Positions 10,854 through 21,351 of a stretch of 64,000 bases of DNA are shown here, in pieces. The number at the start of each line of letters is the position of its first letter. Position 1 is the stretch's first letter. This DNA comes from Kofleriaceae bacterium (GTDB taxonomy: Bacteria; Myxococcota_A; Polyangia; Haliangiales; Haliangiaceae): NCBI GenBank assembly GCA_046597055.1, contig JBKJLC010000284.1, positions 1-64,000 of the forward strand, written 5' to 3'. The notes beneath the pieces were generated by a model. It was not told the DNA's origin, ran no database searches, and worked only from the letters and a program-made list of their open reading frames with translations. The translations under genes were made by a program, and so were the position numbers.

Positions 10854-12298
10854 GACATCTCCATGTTCAGGCCGGCGTACTCGGGGCCGATCGCCGGGGT
10901 CAACGCGAGCGCGCGCACGTCGAGGGTCGCCGTCGACGGCGCGCCCTTGTCGCGGAACGTGTAGTAGATCGCGGCCAGGCCGAGCACGCCCGACAGCGCG
11001 TAGGCAGCGTCGGCGCCGATCGCGAAGTACTTGCCGCGCGTGAAGCGCGGATCGTTCTGGTCGATCGGTGGGTCGCCGGCGGAGAGCTCGGCCTTCAGCG
11101 CGTCGTAGTTCTTGTTGGACTCGAGGCCCAGGTAGATGCCTCCGCCGAGGAACGCCGCGCTGAACACGTACGCGACCACCGCGTCGCTGCGGCCGGGCTT
11201 CTTGGCGAGCGACGCCTTGATCGAGATCTCGGTCTTGGCCTGGACCTCGATGGTCGTGAGGTACGGCTTGTAGCCGGGGCGGCGCACCGAGATCCGGTGG
11301 CGACCCTCGCGGATCGGCTTGCGACACGGGCCGCGCGGACACAGGATCTCGCCGTCGAGGGAGATCTCGGTCGCCTCGATCCCGACGCCGCGGATGTTGA
11401 GGTAGCCGACCGGCGAGCCCTTGAGCGCCGCCGTGATCTCGTGGGTCTCGCCGGCGATCACCTCGATGTCCTGCTCGACCTCCTCGTACCCGTCGGCCGA
11501 GATCCACACCTTGTGCTTGCCCGGCTTGAAGTTGCCCGAGAACGGCGTCTTGCCGATCGCCCCGACCGACTTGTCGTCGAGGAAGATGCTCGCGCCCGGC
11601 ACGTTGGATTTGATCTCGAGCCAGCCGAGGTAGTCCTCCTCGGACAGCACGACCTGCAGCACCATCAGCAGCGACGGGTCGGCCGAGGTGCGGCCCTCCT
11701 TGCTCTTGAAGCCGCGCTTCTCGACCAGGTAGGCGAACTCGCCCTCCATGGTGCCCGACCACGGCGTCTGGGCGAACGGGCCCTTCTCCTTGCCGTTGAT
11801 GTAGATGTTCGCGCCCTGCGGCTCGCTCTCGATCACGATCAGGCCGCGGACCTTGGCATCGCCGAGCTGCTCGACCGCCTCCGACGGCGTCGCGGTGGGC
11901 GGCGTGCCCGGGGTCGCGGGCGCGGCCTTGAGCCGGCGCGATTCTTCCTCGAGCACGCCGATCGCCTTCTGGAGCTTGTCGCGGTCGGGCGCCTCGGGGT
12001 CCTCGGCGAGGTAGCGCTTGTAGTATTCAATCGCCGTGTCGTAGGAGGCAGCGTCGGCGGCCTTCTTGCCCTTCATGTGATAGGCGGCGCCGATGTTGTA
12101 GAGAAACTGCGGCATCTTGCGGGCGTCGTACGCCTTCTTGAAGCCGGCGGCCGCGTCGTCGTACCGGCCCGCCAGGTACTCCTGCTGGGCCTGGTTGAAC
12201 GACGTCTGCGCAGCCTTCCACTCGGGGCTATCGGCTGCGGCGGGACTCGCGAGCGCGCCCAGCACGATCGAAAGGGCAAGCAATATGGATAGTTTCAT
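10847..12298 (-). CDS. Secreted TPR + PEGA-repeat protein (paralog 2)
   Basis: Signal peptide, TPR helices, ESEPQGANIYING and KSNVPGASIFLD PEGA motifs, C-terminal hydrophobic segments ending in W. Confidence 0.9.
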   Translation of the reverse strand: MKLSILLALSIVLGALASPAAADSPEWKAAQTSFNQAQQEYLAGRYDDAAAGFKKAYDARKMPQFLYNIGAAYHMKGKKAADAASYDTAIEYYKRYLAEDPEAPDRDKLQKAIGVLEEESRRLKAAPATPGTPPTATPSEAVEQLGDAKVRGLIVIESEPQGANIYINGKEKGPFAQTPWSGTMEGEFAYLVEKRGFKSKEGRTSADPSLLMVLQVVLSEEDYLGWLEIKSNVPGASIFLDDKSVGAIGKTPFSGNFKPGKHKVWISADGYEEVEQDIEVIAGETHEITAALKGSPVGYLNIRGVGIEATEISLDGEILCPRGPCRKPIREGRHRISVRRPGYKPYLTTIEVQAKTEISIKASLAKKPGRSDAVVAYVFSAAFLGGGIYLGLESNKNYDALKAELSAGDPPIDQNDPRFTRGKYFAIGADAAYALSGVLGLAAIYYTFRDKGAPSTATLDVRALALTPAIGPEYAGLNMEMSW

Positions 12299-12436
12299 AC
12301 CGGCACCTCCCGCCAGGATAAACCGGCTGCCGCCGCGATGCTACGGCGCCCGCCGGCGACGGGCTGGCACGGTCCGGCACGGTCCACCGGTACGCCGATC
12401 CATGGCGCCGCGGTGAATCGACCTCGAACGGTGCCC

Positions 12437-13840
12437 TTAGAAGCGGCCGCCGAGCCCGAGCCCGGCGTAGTCGCGGCCGATCGTCGGCTCGAGCGCGACC
12501 GCGCGCACGTCGATCGACCCGGTCGAGGGCGGGCCCTTGTCGCGGAACGTGTAGTACACAGCCGACAGGCCGATCACGCCGGCGAGACCCCAGCCGGCAT
12601 ACGCGCCGTAGCGGACGAACTTGCGGTCTTCGTAGAGCGAGTCCGTCGGCTCGAGGCCGCGCTCGTAGAGGAACGCGCCGGTCGCGCCGCCGGCGAACAG
12701 GGCCGAGAACACGTACGCGACCACCGCGTCGGAGCGCGACGGATTCTTGACCAGGTCGGGGCGGATCGAGACCTCGGTCCGAGCCTGCACGTCGAGGCGG
12801 ACCTGGTACGGCTTGTAGCCGCCGCGGCTGATGACGACCGTTCGTGCGCCCTCCTTGACCGGCTTGCGGCACGGGCCCCGCTCGCACAGCACCGCGCCGT
12901 CGACGATGATCCGGGCCCGCTCGAGCCCGGCGCCGCGGATGTCGACGTAGCCGACCGGCGAGCCCGACAGCGGCATGTCGAGCGCGGCGACCTCACCGGC
13001 GACGATCTCGACCTCCTTGACCGTCTCGTCGTAGCCGTCGGCCGAGACCCAGATCGTGTGCTTGCCAGGCTTGAAGTTCCCCGAGAACGGCGTCTGACCG
13101 ATCGCGCCGGCCGCCTTGTCGTCGGCGTAGATGCGGGCGCCGGGCACGTTGGACTTGATCTCGAGCCAGCCGAGGTAGTCCTCCTCGGACAGCACCACCT
13201 GCAGCACCACCAGCCGCTGGGGATCGGGCGCGATCGGGCTCTCCTTCGACTTGTGACCCCGCTTCTCGATGATGACCTTGTGCGGGCCGTCGAGGCTGCC
13301 CGACCACGGCGTCTGCGCGAACACGCCGTTCTTCTTGTCGTCGAGGTAGATGTTGGCGCCCTGCGGCTCGGTCTCGATCACGACCAGGCTGCGGACCTTG
13401 GCGTCGAGCTTCTGGACCTCCTCGGATTGCGGCTCGGTTGGCGCGCCGGTGCCGCCGCTGGCTGGCTTGAGCCGCGCGATCTCCTTCTCGATCACGCCGA
13501 TCGCCTTCTCGACCTGCGGCTTGTCCGCGGCCTGCGGCACCTCGCGCAGGTAGTCGCGGTAGAACTTCACCGCGAGCTCGTAGGCCGCGCCGTCGTTCTG
13601 CTTCTTGCCCTTCAGGTAGTAGGCGGCGCCGGTGTTGTAGAGGAGGTCGGGCAGCCGCTTGGCCGCGTACGCCTCCTGGAACTTGGCGGCGGCCGCGTCG
13701 TAGTCACCCTGGATGACCGCGCGCTGGGCCTGATCGAACAGGACCTGGGCGCGCTGGAGACCATCGGGCTGGGCGGCGGCGGGCGCCGCGCCGACCGCGC
13801 ACAGCGCGGCGAGGCAGAGACAGGCGAGGAGACGCTTCAT
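12437..13840 (-). CDS. Secreted TPR + PEGA-repeat protein (paralog 1)
   Basis: Same architecture; shares VLQVVLSEEDYLGWLEIKSNVPGA, TPFSGNFKPGKH and YYTFRDKG with its neighbour. Confidence 0.9.
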   Translation of the reverse strand: MKRLLACLCLAALCAVGAAPAAAQPDGLQRAQVLFDQAQRAVIQGDYDAAAAKFQEAYAAKRLPDLLYNTGAAYYLKGKKQNDGAAYELAVKFYRDYLREVPQAADKPQVEKAIGVIEKEIARLKPASGGTGAPTEPQSEEVQKLDAKVRSLVVIETEPQGANIYLDDKKNGVFAQTPWSGSLDGPHKVIIEKRGHKSKESPIAPDPQRLVVLQVVLSEEDYLGWLEIKSNVPGARIYADDKAAGAIGQTPFSGNFKPGKHTIWVSADGYDETVKEVEIVAGEVAALDMPLSGSPVGYVDIRGAGLERARIIVDGAVLCERGPCRKPVKEGARTVVISRGGYKPYQVRLDVQARTEVSIRPDLVKNPSRSDAVVAYVFSALFAGGATGAFLYERGLEPTDSLYEDRKFVRYGAYAGWGLAGVIGLSAVYYTFRDKGPPSTGSIDVRAVALEPTIGRDYAGLGLGGRF

Positions 13841-13875
13841 ACGGGCGGCAGGATACCCGAGCCGCGTGGCCGTGG

Positions 13876-14550
13876 TCAGGCGATGAAGGTCACGTTGGCA
13901 TCGAGCGGGGCCCGATCGGTCCGGCCGGCGTTGGCTGGCGCGTCGGTCTGCTCATGGCCGAGCGCGAGGCCGAACAGGATGTGGTGGTCGTCGGGGATCG
14001 GCAGCGCCGCGCGCAGCGGCGTGGGATACCCGGCGATGGAAGCCATCGGGCAGGTCGCGATGCCGGCGGCGGTCGCGGCCGCGACCAGGAAGCCGAGCCA
14101 CACGCCGACGTCGAGCAGCGCGTACGAGCCGAGCCGGCGGTCGACCGACACCACCGCGAGGTGCGGGGCGTCGAACAGCTCGTAGTTGCGGATCCAGGCC
14201 TCGTACCGGGCCGCCTTGTCGTCGCGCGCGATCCCCATGGCGCCGTAGAGGGCGAACCCGCAGGCCCGGCGGTGGGCGAGATAGGGCTCGGGATAGTCGC
14301 CCGGGAACGCGACCTCGGCGTGGGGCGGGCCGGCGCGCGCGGCGGCGACCAGGGCGGCGCGCACGGTGTCGGTCACCGGCGGCTCGGTGACGATCACGCG
14401 CCACGGCTGGATGTTGCACCACGACGGCGCCCGCTGCGCGGCGGCGAAGATCTCGGCGAGCGTCGCGCGCGTCACCGGCTCCGGCCGGTAGCCGCGGACG
14501 CTGCGGCGCCCGGCGAACAGGGTGTCGAGCGCGCCGAGATCGACGGTCAT
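13876..14550 (-). CDS. Nitroreductase family protein
   Basis: [27 protein letters not shown]. Confidence 0.92.
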   Translation of the reverse strand: MTVDLGALDTLFAGRRSVRGYRPEPVTRATLAEIFAAAQRAPSWCNIQPWRVIVTEPPVTDTVRAALVAAARAGPPHAEVAFPGDYPEPYLAHRRACGFALYGAMGIARDDKAARYEAWIRNYELFDAPHLAVVSVDRRLGSYALLDVGVWLGFLVAAATAAGIATCPMASIAGYPTPLRAALPIPDDHHILFGLALGHEQTDAPANAGRTDRAPLDANVTFIA

Positions 14551-14870
14551 GACGCGGCGGGTGGCCTGGCGACGGCGCGCTTCGGGTGCGACGCGTACAG
14601 CTCGCGGAAGCGGTAGATGCCAGTCGAGTGCTTGTCGGAGAACGTGATCGAGAGGCCGTAGTTTCCGACCAGCGTCATGTCGACGATGCTGACGTCGGCC
14701 GGGACCGACGCCGGGTCGAGGATCCGCTCGCCGGTCATCTCGGACTGGCAGTACGCGCAGGCGCAGCGCAGGCGCAGCGTGCGCGCGCTCCAGACGTCCT
14801 CCTCGTCGTCATCCCAGACGAAGCGGACCTCGGGCTGGCCGAGGCCGACGATCTCGAGAGGCATGGGCAT
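14547..14870 (-). CDS. DUF971 / gamma-butyrobetaine hydroxylase N-terminal-like zinc-binding protein
   Basis: [26 protein letters not shown]; 4-nt overlap with the nitroreductase. Confidence 0.88.
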   Translation of the reverse strand: MPMPLEIVGLGQPEVRFVWDDDEEDVWSARTLRLRCACAYCQSEMTGERILDPASVPADVSIVDMTLVGNYGLSITFSDKHSTGIYRFRELYASHPKRAVARPPAAS

Positions 14871-14947
14871 GCCGGTGGTCTACCAGTTCTGCTCGCCCGT
14901 GCGGGCGCCCGATCGCGGTTCACCGCGAAGCGGCTGCCCGGTGCGGC

Positions 14948-15487
14948 TCACCCGGGTGGCCGCGGGCACTGGTTCTCGATCGTCGCGCACGAGGCCGGGG
15001 TGTCGATCATCAGGCCGCCGGGCGGGATCGGCTGACCGGCCAGGTTGCACTCGAGCGAATAGCGCAGCTCCTGGACCTCGGCGTCGGCGGCGTCGAGACA
15101 CGCGCGCAGTTGCGAGATCGTGGCGCTGCAGCCGCTCGACTGGTAAGCGAGCCCGCCGCAGCCGACGCCGTCGACCAGCGTGGTGATCATCGTGTCGACC
15201 TGGGGCGGTGGGTTCTCGATACAGTCGCTGACGTAGTCGCCGCAGGCGGCGGCGTCCGTCGTGTTCTCGATGCCGAGCGCCGTGCACGCGACCCGGACGA
15301 ACAGGGACTCGCGGTACTGGTCGTAGAGATAGGCCTCGAAGGCGTCGCAGACCTTGGCGGCGCCCGCGGCCGCGAGGGTCGAGTCCTCGTCCACGTCGGC
15401 GGGAAACCAGTCGCTGCCACCCCCGCACGCGGCGAGGTGCGCGGACGTGGCCAGAAAGACCACAGGAATCAATAGTTTAATTCGCAT
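14948..15487 (-). CDS. Cys-containing hypothetical lipoprotein
   Basis: MRIKLLIPVVFLATSAHLAAC lipobox; multiple Cys. Confidence 0.75.
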   Translation of the reverse strand: MRIKLLIPVVFLATSAHLAACGGGSDWFPADVDEDSTLAAAGAAKVCDAFEAYLYDQYRESLFVRVACTALGIENTTDAAACGDYVSDCIENPPPQVDTMITTLVDGVGCGGLAYQSSGCSATISQLRACLDAADAEVQELRYSLECNLAGQPIPPGGLMIDTPASCATIENQCPRPPG

Positions 15488-15500
15488 GGCAGCCATTGAT

Positions 15501-15516
15501 TCAACCACCGTGCCAG
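15501..15516 (-). promoter_or_regulatory. candidate sigma54 promoter
   Basis: CTGGCACGGTGGTTGA: perfect -24 box, -12 is GA instead of GC; ATG 15487 would fall near +3. Confidence 0.55.
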
Positions 15517-15648
15517 CGGGTAATTCCGCTGATTGCGGTGGGTTGCCCCGACGGCGATGGTAGCCGTCTGACACGGGTGTTGCCAGTCTTCGCCAGGGGT
15601 ACAGCCACCCACGCGGTGAACGGCGGGAGGTGCTAGCTTGCGCGCCGC

Positions 15649-17391
15649 ATGGCGCAGACGTCTCGGCGGTCGGGCAGTGGCAAGGGCACGGGTGCCGGTG
15701 GAGGCACCGGCGGCACATCGCAGCGATCGGGGACGGGAACCGCACCGCGCACCGGCGCGGGGGCGAGTGCGGGACCGCGGACCGGACCTGGCACCGGCGC
15801 GAAGGCGAAGGCGGAACCGCGGACCGGGCCGGGCACCGGACCGCGCGCCGGCGCCGGCGCGGGCGCGGGGGCGAGTGCGGGACCGCGGACCGGGCCGGGC
15901 TCCGGACCTCGCAGCGGCGCCGGCGGCGGGGCCGGGGCCCGCGCGAGCAGTCCGGGCGCGGGGGCGCGCGGCGCCGGTGCCGGCGCTCGTGCCAGCGGCG
16001 ACCGGGATCGGCGGGCGGTCACCACCGGAAACCCGCCCGCGGGCGGCGACCGCGCTCGGCGGTCGGGCACCGGCGGACGGCCGCGCCCGGGGAGCGATCG
16101 CGATCGGCGCGGCGGTGGCCGCGGGGATGCGCGCGATCAGAAGCGCTCGCTGTCGATGCCGGCCGCGCCCGGCCGCACCGGCTGGGGCGGCGAGTCCGCG
16201 CTCGGACGCGAGCTGGTCGACGCGCTGCTCGAGGCGGCGACCGACGACGTCACCGCCGACAGCCTGACCCACCCGGTCCACCCGTACGCGGCCCGCATGC
16301 ACCCGGCGACCGCGCGCGCGCTGGTCGACATCGTCATGCGCGGCCAGGCGCCCGACTCGCTCGTGGTCGATCCGTTCTGTGGCTCGGGCACGGTCCTGGT
16401 CGAGGCCCGGGCGTCGGGCTGGCGCGCGGCCGGGGTCGATCTCAACCCGCTGGCGGTGCGGCTGTCGAAGGCGAAGACCTGGACCGTGCCGGTGTCACAG
16501 CGCCGCCGCGCGCGCGAGCTGGGCCTGCAGATCGCGTCCGACGTGCGGGAGTCGGGGCGCGATGCCCGCCGGGCCGGCTTCGCGCCGGCGCCGTTCCGCG
16601 CGCCCAAGGGCTTCGATCCCAACGCGCGCCAGAAGCGGATCGGCAAGTGGTTCTCGCCGCACGTGCGCCGCGAGCTCGAGGCGATCGCCAACGCGATCGA
16701 TTTCGTCGCCAGCGACGACCCCGAGATCGGCAACGTGCTGTCGATCGCGCTGTCGGCGATCCTCTACAAGGTCTCGCACCGGCGCAGCGACACCGATCCG
16801 ACCTGGATCGAGCGCGCGTGCGCGCGCGGCATGGCGACCCGCCTGTTCGCCGAGCGGGTCGACATGATCATCAGCGGCCTCGACGATCTGGCGCAGACCC
16901 GCGCGCCCATCCCGCAGGTGTACGAGGCCGACGCCCGCACCCTGCCGGCCCTGGGCCTGCCGCCGGCGGCCGCGATGATCACGTCGCCGCCGTACGCCGG
17001 CACCTACGACTACGCCGAGCAGCACCGGCTGCGGTTCGACTTCTTCGGGTTGCGCCACCGGGCGTTCGACGACGGCGAGCTCGGCTCGCGCCGCGCGTTC
17101 ACCGCCAGCCAGGCCACCGCCGGCACCCAGTGGCGGTCGGCGCTCGGCGAGGTGATGTCGGCGATCGCCGCGGGCCTGGCGCCGGGTGGCCTGGCCGCCC
17201 TGGTCATGGGCGACTCGATCGGCGGCGCGTCACCGCGCCAGGCCGACGACGATCTGCGCGCAGCGATCGATGACCGGCTGGTCCCGCTGGCGTGGGCCTG
17301 GCAGGAGCGCATCATGCTCGGCAGCGCCGAGCTGCGCGCGTTCGTCGAGCGGCCCAAGCGCGAGCACCTGGTCATCCTGCAGCGGCGCTGA
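15649..17391 (+). CDS. Amino-type (probably N4-cytosine) DNA methyltransferase with Gly/Arg-rich N-terminal extension
   Basis: HPYAARMHP, motif I VVDPFCGSGT, motif IV ITSPPY. Confidence 0.82.
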   Translation: MAQTSRRSGSGKGTGAGGGTGGTSQRSGTGTAPRTGAGASAGPRTGPGTGAKAKAEPRTGPGTGPRAGAGAGAGASAGPRTGPGSGPRSGAGGGAGARASSPGAGARGAGAGARASGDRDRRAVTTGNPPAGGDRARRSGTGGRPRPGSDRDRRGGGRGDARDQKRSLSMPAAPGRTGWGGESALGRELVDALLEAATDDVTADSLTHPVHPYAARMHPATARALVDIVMRGQAPDSLVVDPFCGSGTVLVEARASGWRAAGVDLNPLAVRLSKAKTWTVPVSQRRRARELGLQIASDVRESGRDARRAGFAPAPFRAPKGFDPNARQKRIGKWFSPHVRRELEAIANAIDFVASDDPEIGNVLSIALSAILYKVSHRRSDTDPTWIERACARGMATRLFAERVDMIISGLDDLAQTRAPIPQVYEADARTLPALGLPPAAAMITSPPYAGTYDYAEQHRLRFDFFGLRHRAFDDGELGSRRAFTASQATAGTQWRSALGEVMSAIAAGLAPGGLAALVMGDSIGGASPRQADDDLRAAIDDRLVPLAWAWQERIMLGSAELRAFVERPKREHLVILQRR

Positions 17392-17453
17392 CCGGGCCCG
17401 GATCGGGGCCGGCGCCGGCCAGCCCGCGGGCAAGTCGGCTATCCTGCGCGGCG

Positions 17454-18536
17454 ATGCCGGACCTGCGACCTCCGGGCGACCAGCTCGACCTGTTCGGCGG
17501 CGAGCCGGTGACGAGCGGTGGCGGCGTGGCCCCGGCCGCAGTCGACGACGACACCCGCGCGCTGGCCGGGCGGCTGCCGCCCGAGGTTCATCTCGGGACC
17601 TCGTCGTGGTCGTTCCCGGGCTGGGCCGGGCTGGTCTACGGCGAGCCGGCAAGCGAGGCGGTGCTGGCCCGGCGCGGCCTGCCCGCCTACGCGGCGCACC
17701 CGTTGTTCGCCACGGTCGGGGTGGATCGGACGTTCTACGCGCCGGTCGAGACCGAGGTGATGGCGGGCTACGCGGCGGCGGTGCCGCCCCGGTTCCGCTT
17801 TCTGGTGAAGGCGCACGAGGCGCTGACCATGGCCCGCTTCCCCAACCACGCGCGCTACGGCGCGCAGCGCGGCCAGGACAACCCGCGGCTGTTCGACGTC
17901 GCCTGGGCCACCGATCAGGTGGTGGCGCCCTACGTCGACGGCCTGGGCGACAAGGGCGGGGTGCTGCTGTTCCAGTTCCCGCCGCAGCCGGCCGAGCTCT
18001 TCGGTGGGCCGCGTCGGTTCGCGGAGCGCCTCTACCGGTTCCTGCGCGACCTGCCGCCGGGCCCGCGCTACGCGGTCGAGGTGCGCACCCCCGACCTGAT
18101 GGGGCGCGACCTGGCGGCGTGCCTGCGTACGGTCGGCGCGGCGCCGTGCGTGGCGGTCATGCCCGGCCTGCCGGCGGCCGACGTGCAGTGGCGGGCGCTG
18201 GGCGGCCCCGACGCCGACCTGCTGGTCGTGCGCTGGCTGCTCGCCGATCACCACGACTACGAGAGCGCCAAGGCCGCGTTCACGCCGTTCGCGCGGCTGG
18301 CGTCGCCCGATCGGCGCACCCGGAGCACGCTGGCCAACCTGGTGCGCGCTGCCACCGCGCGCGGCACCGCCAGCTTCGTCATCGCCAACAACAAGGCCGA
18401 GGGCTCGTCGCCGCTCACGTTGGTCGAGCTGGCGCGCGAGATCCTCGACCCGCTGTCGCAGGCGGAGGTGCCGCCGCCGCCGGGCTCCGAGGACGACCCG
18501 ATGCCAGTGGTCGACGACGACGCGGTCCCGTTCTGA
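17454..18536 (+). CDS. DUF72 family protein
   Basis: LGTSSWSFPGW, TVGVDRTFY, FRFLVKA, LFQFPP, YAVEVR, NNKAEG. Confidence 0.9.
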   Translation: MPDLRPPGDQLDLFGGEPVTSGGGVAPAAVDDDTRALAGRLPPEVHLGTSSWSFPGWAGLVYGEPASEAVLARRGLPAYAAHPLFATVGVDRTFYAPVETEVMAGYAAAVPPRFRFLVKAHEALTMARFPNHARYGAQRGQDNPRLFDVAWATDQVVAPYVDGLGDKGGVLLFQFPPQPAELFGGPRRFAERLYRFLRDLPPGPRYAVEVRTPDLMGRDLAACLRTVGAAPCVAVMPGLPAADVQWRALGGPDADLLVVRWLLADHHDYESAKAAFTPFARLASPDRRTRSTLANLVRAATARGTASFVIANNKAEGSSPLTLVELAREILDPLSQAEVPPPPGSEDDPMPVVDDDAVPF

Positions 18537-18545
18537 GCCGCGCGG

Positions 18546-19367
18546 TCAGCGGTTGGGCGCGAGCGCGTCGACCATGCGGGCCAGGCCGTCCTCGAGCGAG
18601 ATCTCGGCGGTGAAGCCGAGGCGCTCGCGGGCGCGGCTGACGTCGATCGCGACGCGGAACGCCTCGCCCTCCCGGTAGGGTCGGGCGCCGACGTCGAGCA
18701 GCGCCAGCGCATCGGGCCGAACCCGCTCGGCGATCAGGAGCGCCATGTCGAGCACCAGGGTCTCGTGGCCGCTGCCGATGTTGTAGGTGCCGACGGGGGC
18801 GTCCTCGTCGAGGCAGCGCACGACCGCGCGCACCAGGTCGTCGATGTAGATCAGGTCGCGGGTCTGCTGGCCCGGCGTCATCGCGTAGCGCTTGCGGTGG
18901 GCGAGCGCCATGGTCAGCGTCGGCAGGAACGTGGACGGCGCCAGGCCCGGGCCGTACACCCAGCATGGGCGCAGGATCGTCGTGGCCGCGTGTGGGACCG
19001 CGGCCGGCACCGCGTGCTCGCCGGCGATCTTGGCCTGGCCGAGCGGCGAGGCGCCGAGCAGCGGGGCGTCCTCGCGGAACGGCACGTCCTGGAGGCCGTA
19101 GACCTCCGCCGACGACAGGTAGATCACCTTGCGCAGGCCGGGGATCGCCCGGGCGGTCTGCACCGCGGCGTGCGAGTGGTCGGCGACGCACTGCTCGGCC
19201 GAGATCGGCCGCCCGCCGGCGCACCAGATCAGCGCGTCGAAGCCCTGGGGCGCGGTCGACGCGGTGTCGGAGCGTCCGCTGGCCACGGCCTCGTGGCCGG
19301 CCGCGGTCAGGCGCTCGACCAGCGCGCGGCCGATGAAGCCACGGCCGCCAGCGACCAGGATCTTCAT
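18546..19367 (-). CDS. NAD-dependent epimerase/dehydratase
   Basis: ILVAGGRGFIG, YLSSAEVYG, VYGPG, TRDLIYIDD, YNIGSG. The catalytic YxxxK appears as LGQAK. Confidence 0.88.
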   Translation of the reverse strand: MKILVAGGRGFIGRALVERLTAAGHEAVASGRSDTASTAPQGFDALIWCAGGRPISAEQCVADHSHAAVQTARAIPGLRKVIYLSSAEVYGLQDVPFREDAPLLGASPLGQAKIAGEHAVPAAVPHAATTILRPCWVYGPGLAPSTFLPTLTMALAHRKRYAMTPGQQTRDLIYIDDLVRAVVRCLDEDAPVGTYNIGSGHETLVLDMALLIAERVRPDALALLDVGARPYREGEAFRVAIDVSRARERLGFTAEISLEDGLARMVDALAPNR

Positions 19368-19514
19368 CGCAACTCCGCGAGCGCTAGCATCGCTGGGCTT
19401 GTATCAGGACCGGCCGGACCGGCGCAACCGCGCGCCCGGTCGAGGTCCACCGCCGGCGCCGAAAATGACACGACCCGCCAGGGGCGGGCCGCCGTCACAC
19501 CCGCGGGCGCGGGG

Positions 19515-21152
19515 TCAGATCTTCTTGCCGACCAGCGCGAACTGCGACGACGCCGCGTAGCCGCGCACGTTGACGAAGAGCTTGGCGGGGGCGGTCAGCG
19601 TGACCTGGCAGCTCTCGTTGCTGCCGTTCTTGTACGGGCGGCAGTCGTAGGTCGAGGTGGTCGGCGCGGCGCCGGTGCGGACGTAGAGGTCAGCGTCGCC
19701 CGCGGGCGCCGAGCCGGCGTGGGTGAGATCGAACTGGTAGACGCCGGGCGCGAGGGTCGGGGTCGAGAACGCCTGGACCGCGCCCTTGAGGACGGTGCTG
19801 GTCACGGTCAGGCCGGCCCACGCCTCGGGGACGCCGCCGCCGCCGGGGACGAACGCGTTGTCCTGCTCGCCCGAGACCAGGATGACCTGCTTGCGGTCAA
19901 CGTTGGCGAAGATCTGCTCGTAGGTGCGGGGCGCGTCGAACGCGAGCAGCCCGCGGAACAGCGCGACGCTGGCGGCCGGCATCGAGTGGAAGAACGACGG
20001 CATGGCGTTGGTGATCGAGTCGACGTACTTGGTGCCGGTCGGGTCGTCGGGGTTGATCGCCGCGTGCGACGTGTTGATCGAGCCATCGACGTACGCGTAG
20101 GTGTCGCAGCCGTTCTCGAACATGATGAGGTACTGACCGGCGACCCACTTGCCGGCGCGCGACAGCGCCCGGACGTTGGCGCCGAGGCCGGCGTGGCCGT
20201 TGTAGACGATGAAGTCAGCGCGGGTCGACAGGCCCTCGTAGCGGGTCTTGAACGCCGCGGTGCCGAGCGCGGTGCGGACGTTGTCCGTGAGCAGCGCGGT
20301 GACCTTGATGGTCCTGCCGCCGGGCAGCGTCGCGGTGAACTCGACGTCGCGGACGCCGACGCCCGGGCTGGTCGGCACCGTCGCGGGGACGGTGGTGACG
20401 CTGTAGGCGCGCAGCTCGGTCTTCATCGCCGCGATGAACTTGTTGTAGGCGTCGATGCCGGCGTCGGCCGACGTGGTGGCGCCGTCCTCGTACTTGCCGA
20501 AGATCGCGACCACGTTGAGCGCGTTGTCTTCCCAGACCTTGGTGTACTCGGGGAACTTGCCGGTCGTGTTGATCGGCGAGAGCGACGCGGTCGCGGTGGT
20601 GCGCACCACGCTCGCGGCGGGCAGCGTGCAGCCCGAACGCAGCGGCCGGTAATAGTACCACATGCTCCCGGAATCGATGTCGTGGCTCCCGGACTCGACG
20701 CAGGTCGTGCCGTGGTCGGTCGCGAACTTCTCGATCGCCGCCGAGCCCATGTCGCGCGGGAGGATCAGCTCGACGCGCGAGGGGAGGTTGGTCTTGCTGC
20801 CCCACGCGACCGGCATCTTCGCGTGGTAGGTGATCTTGGTGCGGCCGTCGACGGCGATCGCCTTGACGTTGGTCAGCTCGACCTTGTCGAGCCGGCCGAC
20901 CGAGTTCTTTCCGTTGAGCTGACCGATCGTGTAGAGGAGCTGGTCCTCGACCTGGCTCTCCGGGCTCCACGATCCGTCGCTGAGGAGCTCGCCGTCGAAC
21001 TCGAAGTCGAGGAACACGGCGGCCGCGCTGGAGTCGGCCTTGCCGTCCTCGTCCTTCACGATCTCGCTCTCGAGGAGGTCGTCCTCGGTGGTGCAGGCTG
21101 CGATCGGCGCCAGGACGGCACAGGCGAACAGGACAGCGGAGAAGCGGTTCAT
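19515..21152 (-). CDS. Lipoprotein with C-terminal PPC (pre-peptidase) domain
   Basis: Lipobox IAAC, EDGKAD; YNGHAG and ENGCDT (His/Cys, caspase/gingipain-like); GDADLYVR...YDCRPYKNGSNESC. Confidence 0.82.
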   Translation of the reverse strand: MNRFSAVLFACAVLAPIAACTTEDDLLESEIVKDEDGKADSSAAAVFLDFEFDGELLSDGSWSPESQVEDQLLYTIGQLNGKNSVGRLDKVELTNVKAIAVDGRTKITYHAKMPVAWGSKTNLPSRVELILPRDMGSAAIEKFATDHGTTCVESGSHDIDSGSMWYYYRPLRSGCTLPAASVVRTTATASLSPINTTGKFPEYTKVWEDNALNVVAIFGKYEDGATTSADAGIDAYNKFIAAMKTELRAYSVTTVPATVPTSPGVGVRDVEFTATLPGGRTIKVTALLTDNVRTALGTAAFKTRYEGLSTRADFIVYNGHAGLGANVRALSRAGKWVAGQYLIMFENGCDTYAYVDGSINTSHAAINPDDPTGTKYVDSITNAMPSFFHSMPAASVALFRGLLAFDAPRTYEQIFANVDRKQVILVSGEQDNAFVPGGGGVPEAWAGLTVTSTVLKGAVQAFSTPTLAPGVYQFDLTHAGSAPAGDADLYVRTGAAPTTSTYDCRPYKNGSNESCQVTLTAPAKLFVNVRGYAASSQFALVGKKI

Positions 21153-21351
21153 CGTGAATCCGTGCTCAGCAAGGCGGATGCCACGCCAGCCGCGCACCAA
21201 CACCTCGACATCCCACACCGCCACGCCGGCTCCTCGAGTCGCCGGCGCGCCCGCAATCCGGTGCTGCAGTCGCCAGCGCCGTCGCGCCGTCGCCGCCTGC
21301 GAGCGTCGTCACGACTCCCGCGCTCGTTGTCAGCGCCGCTACCAACCGACC

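Noticed and set aside
15500..15630. tRNA or riboswitch in the lower-GC intergenic region
   Set aside because: No cloverleaf or known aptamer seen; better explained by divergent promoters.
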